A DNA stretch of 58,018 nucleotides, the filler included, from Squatina squatina (taxonomy: Eukaryota): assembly GCA_031763465.1 (NCBI GenBank). It is 3 parts of 3 records of this genome, joined end to end, with 100 filler letters (N's around TTAATTAATTAA, not from the genome) between each part and the next. Parts side by side here need not be neighbours in the genome. Positions count along the whole stretch, not along the records: positions 33,480 to 58,018 come from JARFOE010000115.1; 2 more parts are not named here. One strand, 5' to 3'. Shown here in pieces: positions 48,901 through 58,018 of the stretch. Positions within the stretch are counted from its first letter, which is position 1. The number at the start of each line of letters is the position of its first letter. Both the position numbers and the translations under genes were made by a program. Under the pieces are notes generated by a model. It was not told where the DNA came from, did not search any database, and saw only the letters and a program-made list of their open reading frames with translations.

Positions 48901-49286
48901 ACCCATAAGTGTTGCAATTGCAGCTATGATAACCAGACCTAAGATCAGATGGGACACCCAATGAGCCTTTAAATTTCACTTTGAAACATCTGCAGACAAT
49001 ATTGCACAGAAAACTTTATTATTTGCTGAATGCGTTTGTTTAGAGCATGTTGAGTCAAGAAAATAAAACAGCGGCAGAAGCTGAAGTTAAAACAATTAGT
49101 TGACTGTTCAGCCATCCATCAACTACTGTACTTAAAGACCGTAGTAAAGATTTTATGATAAATTGCTGGCAAATAACAATTGTCACNNNNNNNNNNNNNN
49201 NNNNNNNNNNNNNNNNNNNNNNNNNNNNNNNNNNNNNNNNNNNNNNNNNNNNNNNNNNNNNNNNNNNNNNNNNNNNNNNNNNNNNN

Positions 49287-49600
49287 GAAAGATCTTACTG
49301 CGGTATTTAAGATTCTAAGGACTTTAGATAAACTGAGCCTTTATAACGTACTCAGCGAAATGATGAATTCTGAAGGCTCGAGGTCAGAGTGGGGAAGGTG
49401 AACCATCAGTTTAGATTTAACTGCTTTGCCGAAAGGTGCTGAATATTTGGAGTAGACTGCCCAGGGGAGACAGTGGAGGAGGATATTGTCAACAAATTCA
49501 AGAGGGAGTGGGAGAGCTATATGGCAGAAATAACAATTGAAAGGTTAAGAAATAGAGTTGTGAATGTTATCTTTTGGGATTGGCCAGATGGATTACTGCA
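49287..49600 (+). mobile_element. Old CR1 3' fragment
   Basis: DLTAVFKILRTLDKL, a degenerate W.RLP segment and FKREWE, resembling the CR1 C-terminus. Confidence 0.55.
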
Positions 49601-50963
49601 GTCTCCCCTGTATGCTCCCACATTCAAACACCTTCTCCTCCAATAATGCTTTTTATTTATTGGTTGAATAAAATAATTTAAATCCTATTTCTGCCTTGCG
49701 GTTCATGATGTCATCTGAATCCCTCAATGATATTTCCTTGTAATCACTCCTACTTATCCATTGTTAGCAACATAATCCCCGCCTGTGAATCATGCAAGAG
49801 TATTCAGCAGCGATGGCATCGCAAGAGCCTCTCACATTCTTTCAGCTTTACTTTTAACTGTCATTACTATTGTTTTCACTTTATTGAAATTATAGTGCGT
49901 ATTATAAAAAATTACAGCTGGCAGCAAGTGAGTGCAATTTAATTTCAGGGTTTAGATGTCATCCAAGCATGCCTAGAGCAAATTACAGACTTATTAAATT
50001 CTCAACCATCCATAAATCTATTTATCTTCTGCTTTACAAAAGAGCAATGTAAATTGTTTTTCTTCTACTCTAAAGCCCGTGTTTTATTATACACTGAGGG
50101 CGGCCAAATCGTGGTAAACTTCTGGCGCGAAAGTGGCGCAAAACTGGCGTTAAGCCACTTTTGGCGCTAAAACGCAAAATTTGGGCCCCGTTTGCACCAG
50201 TGCAAAACGGCCGNNNNNNNNNNNNNNNNNNNNNNNNNNNNNNNNNNNNNNNNNNNNNNNNNNNNNNNNNNNNNNNNNNNNNNNNNNNNNNNNNNNNNNN
50301 NNNNNNNNNNNNNTGACAGTTATTGGTTACCCAGACTTGACCCAGTTTATAGCTTTACTTTATTAGTCTAATCTCCCATGATCCTTGGCCCTGTATTAGG
50401 TAATATATTACAAAAGGCATTCTTCTGCGTTCCTTCTCCCTGTCCCAATCAACACTAATAGAAATATGGTGTGTTGCTCCACAGTTTTAACAAGCCATTC
50501 TTTATTTGTAATCTATTATGGCTGTGTAAGGGAATATTACACATCTGCACTGTGGCAAAATGCTACACTTACAATATGATTCATAGTCATAAATCATATA
50601 CAATCAAGCTCAATAAAACTTTAATAAGCTAACACAGCATCTCGGGTTATTTGTATTTTCACGTGCTGTGTAATAGTTGGGCATAATTTCTTTTGTTACT
50701 TTTTATTGATAATTTGCATTGATTACCTCCTGCAATGGATGTTCCTCTCATTAAGATGTATCATCTATGAAGTAAAATTAAGAATAATTGAAAAAAAAAT
50801 ACTTTTTGAGATCTATAGATTGCATTGTGGAAGATATTGTACCAGGACAAGAGAATTCCCTTTGCTGACTGGTCTGGGGCATGGTACTTTCCTGCTTTAG
50901 TAAGGACAAGAACACAAAGCAACTTTTCAGCCCTCAAGTAAAATCAGTGAGCTTGTGTCTCAT

Positions 50964-51070
50964 AAAGAAAGACTTGCAGTTATATGGCTCCTTTCACAGC
51001 CACCGGAAGTCTCAAAGCGCTTTACAGCCAATGAAGTACATTTTGAGTTAAGTTACTGTTGTAATGTGGC
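50964..51070 (-). mobile_element. Deu-domain SINE 3' tail interrupted by a GC-rich block
   Basis: aaagaaagacttgcagttatatggctcctttcac...ctcaaagcgctttacagccaatgaagtac. Confidence 0.7.
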
Positions 51071-52231
51071 AGAGTCTATAACAGGGCGGGAGCAGCAGAG
51101 CCCCGCAGAAGAGCAGATTTGGGGCCCACCCCCGGCCCAAGCTGAGTTCTGGGCCTTTCCAAGATGGTGGTGCCCAGGCTGGTAAAATGATGTGGGAGCA
51201 CTGGGCGAGTAGCAGGTCGGCGGCCCGTGGTGCAGAGGAGCGGTTCGTGTGAGGCCGAGGGGGCCAAGAGCCGAGTACCGAGAAGCAGCGTAGTGGGAAG
51301 CAAGAGGCCCAGGGAGGCAGCGACCAGCAGCCGAGGAGCAGGGGAGCNNNNNNNNNNNNNNNNNNNNNNNNNNNNNNNNNNNNNNNNNNNNNNNNNNNNN
51401 NNNNNNNNNNNNNNNNNNNNNNNNNNNNNNNNNNNNNNNNNNNNNNNCTGTCGAGCCCTGTAAAAATGTTATACGTTTCAGTGAGATCACCTCACATGGT
51501 TACATCTACTCCCTTTGTAGATTTTTGGTGATGTTAAATGCAGGCTTCCAGGATATTGCAAAATGCCAGAGAGCTTTCTGTAGGCACTGAATAAACATTT
51601 GCACTGATTACCAGCATAAGCTTGGAAGTTGAAAGTTTACCTAAAGGAATGACCTAAATTCAATTCTAGTCCTGCTACAGTTCCACGTCCCAATTTATCA
51701 TGGCTGCTGTACAAGCAGGCTCTGTAGATTGTTATTGATGAGCTGGGAAAATTCTAGCCATTGCTTACAGCAGCACAAGAAATCCTCTATCCTCTTTTGG
51801 GTAGAACATTTTCTTTGTAAAGAGACTTTAAAAATTGCTTAGAATTCAGGTATCCATCAGCCAGTGAACTCCAAAAAGGGGCATAAACTCAGGATTTATA
51901 CTGAAAGTGTAAAAAGGGAAGCTGAAAGGATTTTTTTCATGCAAAGAGTTATTAAGATATGAAATGCTTTACAAGTGATCATTGAAACAAAATCAATTTA
52001 TGGAGGAAATTAGATAATGTAGAGAAAGTTATGAATAGATATGAGAAAGAGCAGCGATATGGGATTACAAGATATAGCTCTAGCAAAGGGTCCCAGCACT
52101 AGAGACACAATGGATCAACATACTGACTCAATAAAGCCCACACTAAACTTTAAAGAGGCTGCAAATGTGTTATTCAGATGTTATGCCGAGAAATATTGAA
52201 ATTCATATTTACTCTACATCGGAGTCATTTC

Positions 52232-52525
52232 AAAAGAAAGACTCGCATTTATATAGCACTTTTCAGGATGTCCCAATGTGTCTTACAGCCAATAAAGTCA
52301 TTGTATGTGGGAAACGCGGCAGCCACAATTTGCACACAGCAAACTCCCACAAACAACAATGTGATAATGACCAGATAATCTGTTTTTGTTATGTTGAATG
52401 AGAGGCAAATATTGGCCAGGACACCGGGGATAACTCCCCCTGCTCTTCGAAATAGTGCCCTGGGCTCTTTTACGTCCACCCGAGAGAGCAGACGGGCCTT
52501 GGTTTAACATCTCATCTGAAAGATG
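52232..52525 (-). mobile_element. Deu-domain SINE (SacSINE1/AmnSINE1-like)
   Basis: Reverse complement of the Deu core: tattggccaggacaccgggg...ctgctcttcgaaatagtgcc...tttacgtccacc.gagagagcagacggg. Confidence 0.85.
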
Positions 52526-53305
52526 GATCTGTAATCATCTCCAATCTCATTTCCAATCTCTCATTTGTTTCTTTCTCTGTTTTACGGCTACATCTCATCC
52601 TTTGTGGCCTGTTATAGTTCTTGATTCATTTATATTTGTTTCAGGATTAAACTCCCTTGATTATAATTTGAGTAGCAGTATCTGGCAAGTGAAAAGTTCA
52701 TTTAGCCATGCTCAAAAATGACGCGCTGAAACATTTTATTAACTTATGAATGCAGTGGCAATTCATAAATATAGTTGCTTCAAGTACCAGTCCTTCAATC
52801 ATTATTGCCTATCTCAGATTCAAAATAACCAAGACAACTTCATTTTGTTGCAAGTTTAATTTGACCTATTTACTTCCTAATTTTGGAAAAAAACACAGTA
52901 ATTTACTCAAATCAATAACAATAAATTGCCCACTCAATGTCTACATCTTCCCTACAGTCTCCTGGCATAAAGTCAATACCAGAAGGCTTGCATATTGCAC
53001 TTGGTTACATTATCTCAATTGTATTTACATGCAATTCTGTACTTGCCAATTAATGAGGATTCTGTTAATGGAGATTTTGTTTAAATGGACCATCTGCTCA
53101 GGTACCTATTTATTACCCATCTATCAAAAATGAAAATTGCTGATTTAGAGGAACATTTTATAGTGTGCCGATTATTTTAGATTCCATGTCTTAATGAGTA
53201 CTGCAATTGGCTTAGAATCATTGTTTTAGAAGATGTAAACGGCTTAAACAAAAGCAACATTCAGAGTAGCTAGGTAAATGCGACATTTGATGTTTGTTTA
53301 ACCAA

Positions 53306-53466
53306 GGGGTTAATTTTACTGTAACACACCTGGCTGGAAACTGATGGGAGCAGCTCGGCAGCCCGTTTTACACCTCATCTGATTTCAATTTTCAAGTGGG
53401 TGTAAATCGGGTGGTCGATCGAATCGGGCCAGTTTTCCTCTGGGCGGGTCAGGTTAAAATTACCCC
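53306..53466. mobile_element. Palindromic MITE-like element
   Basis: Terminal inverted repeats ggggttaatttta / taaaattacccc, internal inverted pairs ggaaactg/cagttttcc and cccgttttacacc/ggtgtaaatcggg, and a possible CAA target-site duplication. Confidence 0.7.
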
Positions 53467-53757
53467 CAAAGTACAATACTCATTGAAAAATGTTCTTTTC
53501 TTCCCTGGCTAAGAGAGCAGTGAAATCATGTGCTCCTTGATAGTGTAGTTCTTCAATGGGCCAGTAGGAAGTGCACAAGTGCCTGTTGGGCTAATTTATC
53601 CTATACTTTTCCCTCTTCATTTGAGGAGATACTACACGTGTCTGAAGTGATGCAGGANNNNNNNNNNNNNNNNNNNNNNNNNNNNNNNNNNNNNNNNNNN
53701 NNNNNNNNNNNNNNNNNNNNNNNNNNNNNNNNNNNNNNNNNNNNNNNNNNNNNNNNN

Positions 53758-53840
53758 CAGATGCTGCCTGACCTGCTGAGTTTTTCCAGCATTTTTTGTT
53801 TATATTCTAGATTCCAGCATCCGCAGTATTTTGCGTTTGT
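53758..53840 (+). mobile_element. Penelope-like terminal repeat in opposite orientation, truncated by a gap
   Basis: cagatgctgcctgacctgctgagtttttccagcatt...gattccagcatccgcagtattttgc. Confidence 0.75.
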
Positions 53841-54534
53841 GACAATTTTCTTTAGTAGTTTTAATCACTTTTGAAGATTACACCTGTGAGAGTGGTGAAA
53901 TATCAAACTTTTTGATCATTTTCTTTTTTATTTCCCCTTTTCCAATAATTCTGAACCACTGTTACATAATCGGTTTTCAACTTCTCTCTTGAAAAAGGTA
54001 ATCTGCATCAAGCAATCTTTCAGAACTATATAATGTTGATTTCAGGTTGGAAGATATCATGCTCTTCATTCCCCACCACAGTTGTCCACCTTCTCTACTC
54101 CCCACTGAGTACATGGTCCTGAACTGATGACGTGAAGTGTAGACCTCAGGTGCAGAAAGATAAACAAAATACAATACCACACTTACTCCCTCCTAATGTC
54201 ACAAAAATGATTTATTGAGGGAGAAAGAGTAGGAAAAAAAATTGTTTTTCCATATGGTGAGAGTTGAACATTACCATAAATAAATCAAGCACATTTAGCC
54301 AGAGGGCAAGAATCGCAGTCTGTTATTTGTAACTATGAGTTGAGTTTAAACAAGGTGTTTGCAGAATTATGGCCCAGCTTTAGGTTTAAAAGCTGAGAGC
54401 CAAGTTTAAGCAGAACTCCTCAACCAGCTGTGTGATGTAAAGGAAAGCAATTGTGCTGCGTGTGTGAGCGAAAGTGCAGTGGGGGCTGGGCAAGGCTGGT
54501 TTATAACAGTGGAGGAGGCAGCGTCAAAGGACCC

Positions 54535-54553
54535 CTGCCAGCAGGTGGCGGCA
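54535..54553 (+). promoter_or_regulatory. CTCF core motif
   Basis: CTGCCAGCAGGTGGCGGCA fits the CCASYAGRKGGCRS consensus. Confidence 0.55.
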
Positions 54554-56239
54554 ACATGACGTTTGGGGGTGGGGGGGGGCGGGGGGTTGGGGAACATCCC
54601 ATCCCCCATCACAAATGTGTACAACAGTCTGCATAGNNNNNNNNNNNNNNNNNNNNNNNNNNNNNNNNNNNNNNNNNNNNNNNNNNNNNNNNNNNNNNNN
54701 NNNNNNNNNNNNNNNNNNNNNNNNNNNNNNNNNNNNTCACTACCCACGGTGCTAGAGCGTAAATCACAGGACAGACTTCTGCCACCCATTTGGCATTTCA
54801 TGTGCTGGAAATGAGCAGTATGTACCATCACTGTCACACGGCAGTAACTGACAGCCAGAAGGATGTAAAAGCTCAGCGGCAGATACATACTGGCTGCATT
54901 GGGACAGCTGAAAGGGCTCTTTGTATATGAATAATACCTCTTCCCAACTAATCTGTCACGGTTTTGATGGGCAGTTTTGATCCCAAGTTATTACAGATCA
55001 AGCTTCAATTCTTCTTTGTATGGAAAGTATTCGGACTGAATATTATCACTGAGAGTTGAACAATTGACACAGAATGCTGGGGAAGTCATGCGCAGATTGC
55101 AACCGACATTTGTACTGCCGACTTTCGGGGTAATTGACTGAGCCAGCTGTACCATTAAAGTGGCATGTTGGAGCATTGTAACTGTTTTTCCTGCTTTCCC
55201 CATTTTATCCATGGGAATTGCAGAGGGGAGGCGGGGAGGTGCTTTCCCACAGTGATGAAGTAAAAGTTGAGTCACCTCAAACCATGTTCCCTATCTTTCA
55301 GCAGCTGGATTAGGAACAGCAATAGCCAAAGGCTGGCAGCAGGNNNNNNNNNNNNNNNNNNNNNNNNNNNNNNNNNNNNNNNNNNNNNNNNNNNNNNNNN
55401 NNNNNNNNNNNNNNNNNNNNNNNNNNNNNNNNNNNNNNNNNNNGCTGTAAGATTTTATGATTCTATGAAATAGATGAGCTGAATGACTTTACTCATCTAT
55501 ATTTAGCTTGTGATCTTGTAACCTAACATATTTCTGTCCATGTCATTTACAAACAACTGGACTATCAGAAATTGACATGGTGTACAGTGTACCTGCCCTG
55601 CTGTGGGGTGGATTTTCAGCTTATCACACAGGCATAAAACTGGCATCCCTGATCGTCCACCTGATATTCATTTCCATTTAGCATCTTCATTAGATCAACT
55701 TGGGTGTTGTTTTCTTTAAATGTCTCTTGGTTCGATGCTGCGGTGGTTCGCAGAGATCATGGTTCATTTCTGCAATTGATTGTCAGGCACTTTTCTTTAT
55801 ATTGGCCAAACTGCTGTGGCTGGCAGTATAATGACAGATAACTGTTCTTACTTTCTAAGAGGACTTTAACCTCAGTGGCTCATGTGCATGTTAGTTCCAA
55901 GGAGCTTAAAGCTTCTTGTCACTTCCTACGTGATCTGGTTAAACTGCAGGTGTTGGAAATCTTTTTCCAATGACTTGAGCAGAACAAATAGCTTTTGTCA
56001 TGAGAACAAAGAGTGAGAGGAATGGAAAATTACCTTGTAAAACACAAAGCTGGATAATGGAAATAGGCAAACACAAACATTCATAAATACAATTGTTTGT
56101 ATGTTAAGAATGTTATCAGAACAGATACAATAATTGCACTGTTCATTCATTGGTACACCGATTTTATTACTGCCAGCTAAAAAGATTTTGTTATTATTTT
56201 ATAAACTGGCACTGGTTTTCTCACCATTGTGAATCTTAC

Positions 56240-56302
56240 CTTGCGGATGTCATCATGTGCTAATTATTGGAGCATCGTAACCATTGATGTCTGCCATGAC
56301 AT
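56240..56302 (-). other. Candidate 63-nt non-coding exon
   Basis: Acceptor tttcttgtttgtatcag| and donor AAG|GTAAGA. Stops occur in all three frames. Confidence 0.3.
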
Positions 56303-56500
56303 CTGATACAAACAAGAAATTGTGCTGANNNNNNNNNNNNNNNNNNNNNNNNNNNNNNNNNNNNNNNNNNNNNNNNNNNNNNNNNNNNNNNNNNNNNNNN
56401 NNNNNNNNNNNNNNNNNNNNNNNNNNNNGTGGAAGAGGCTCAGCGGGGGCTGAATGGTCTCCGCCTGTTCTTCTCCAGCGTTTGTTTCTCTCATTGACGC

Positions 56501-56607
56501 CCCAGTTCACAGATGCTCACTACTTTAATTCTCCAGTTCACAGACATTCTCTCCTTTAACTCTCTGTTCACAGACACTCTCCTCTTTAACCCTGCAGTTC
56601 ACAGACA
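56501..56607 (+). repeat. Minisatellite with a unit of about 30-31 bp, about 3.5 copies
   Basis: The unit cagttcacagac..tctc..ctttaac is repeated in tandem. Confidence 0.85.
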
Positions 56608-56617
56608 ACATGAGGAA

Positions 56618-56960
56618 CAAAACTTAGCATTTATAACGTTTAACGTAGTAAAATGTCCCAGTGCGCTTCACAGGAGCGTTTGAAAACAAAATTTGACACC
56701 AAGCCACAAAAGGAGATATTAGGCAGGTGACCAAATGCTTGGTGAAAGAGATAGGTTTTCAGGAGTGTCTTAAAGGAGGAAGGAGAGGTAGACAGGTGGA
56801 GAGGTTTAGGGAGGGAATTCCAGAGCTTAGGGCCTAGGCAGATGAAGGCAGGGCCACCAATGGTGGAGCAAAGAAAATCAGTGATGTGCAAGAGGCCAGA
56901 ATTGGAGGATTGCAGAGATCTTGGAGGGTTGTAGGGCTGAAGAAAGTTAGAGATAGGGAG
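56618..56960 (-). mobile_element. L2-type LINE 3' fragment (same family as 45560-45970)
   Basis: RSLQSSNSGLL...GGPAFICLGPKLWNSLPKPLHLSTSPSSFKTLLKTYLFHQAF. Confidence 0.88.
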
Positions 56961-57892
56961 GGACGAGGAGTGCTTCTCCAGGCCCCACAAGGAAACCTAG
57001 TGTCTCCCCTGCCCCAACCATCCTTCCCCCTCTCCTGACCGTAATCCCCTCTGGACCCACCCCGTTCAGTTAACTTCAGGTTCCTGTCAGCGCCTCCTGA
57101 TGCCCAAAATCTGGCTTCTGCCCGCTGGGCAGTTAGTGATTCCCACCAGGTTCTGTCATAAGTCTGACCTTTAATATTAAAAACTATTATTGATTCTACT
57201 TTCACAACTGCTTTTGTGATGGCATTCCATAACCTGACAATCCTCCAAACATTTTCTTTCATTCTTTTGATAATTTTACATATATGCCATTTTAATTACT
57301 AACCAGTGAGAATCATTTTTCCTCATTTACCCTTTAAAAATTTTTCATAATTTTCAACACCTCTTGTGATAGAACCAATACTTTTGCAATGCGACAGATG
57401 AGAAGGAATTTTTTTTGTTGTTGTAGTGTATATCACATGACAGGAAGAGCTAGCAAAACTCAGGGGTTTTGGGTAGGCTATATCACATGACAGGAAAGGA
57501 ATGTGAAAGTTTTTTTTGCAAGATGTTGCCAGGATACTTATTGCTTTGTATATATTGTGTAACATTATTACCTATTTTTCTTATGAGGATACAGCTATTG
57601 TTCAAAAGATTAAGAGCTTCTAGTCAACATTCAAACAATTCAATGTAATCTTATTTTATCATTTCATTGTTGATGTTTGTCATTTTGATTTCCTCAAAGC
57701 AGTTACATCAATATATGGCCTATTTTCAAATCTCTCTGTTAGATTTATATTCAGTCTCAAGTTTTAAACATAAGATACATCAAGGCAGTGCAGTTTCCTT
57801 GCTGTTATTTTCCTTTGTATTTCTAGACAGCCTTCATGCGAGTACAATGTCTTTAATATCAAACATTTTAAATGATGCTTATACAACCATGA

Positions 57893-58018
57893 AATGAAGG
57901 TTCACTAGATTCATCCCGATCAGAGGGTTGTCCTATGAGGAGAGATTGTGTGGTATGGGCCTATACTCTCTGGGGTTTAGAAGATTGAGAGGTGATCTGA
58001 TTGAAACATATAAGATTC
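57893..58018 (+). mobile_element. CR1 ORF2 3' fragment running off the window end
   Basis: RFTRFIPI-GLSYEERL...GLYSLGFRRLRGDLIETYKI. Confidence 0.85.

Noticed and set aside
56501-56607. CRISPR-like array
   Set aside because: Eukaryotic context, contiguous repeat units without spacers and no cas genes.

Overview
Vertebrate nuclear DNA, most likely from a cartilaginous fish (shark-type CR1/L2 LINEs, Deu-domain SINEs, Penelope-like elements and a GPR139-like GPCR), taken from a very fragmented draft assembly. Two artificial spacers (44N-TTAATTAATTAA-44N at 18206-18305 and 33380-33479) split the window into three pieces that should not be assumed adjacent. Piece 1 (1-18205) is a gap-riddled sample of the conserved STK33(-)/TRIM66(-)/RPL27A(+) locus: one STK33 exon, two TRIM66 exons (C-terminal half-RING and B-box 1) and RPL27A exons 2-3. 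Piece 2 (18306-33379) is gap-free and holds stacked degenerate CR1/L2 LINEs, the intact large exon of a GPR139-like rhodopsin-family GPCR, and a cluster of decayed tRNA genes with local duplications. Piece 3 (33480-58018) holds the first coding exon of PICK1(-) among repeat-poor, enhancer-like DNA. The most notable non-coding signals are minimal hammerhead-ribozyme motifs in Penelope-like terminal repeats, a LINE/SINE pair sharing a 3' tail, and the tRNA-pseudogene/GPCR unit. I found no convincing wholly new biological system. Gene identities come from recalled protein sequences plus splice-site and phase logic, not from database searches.
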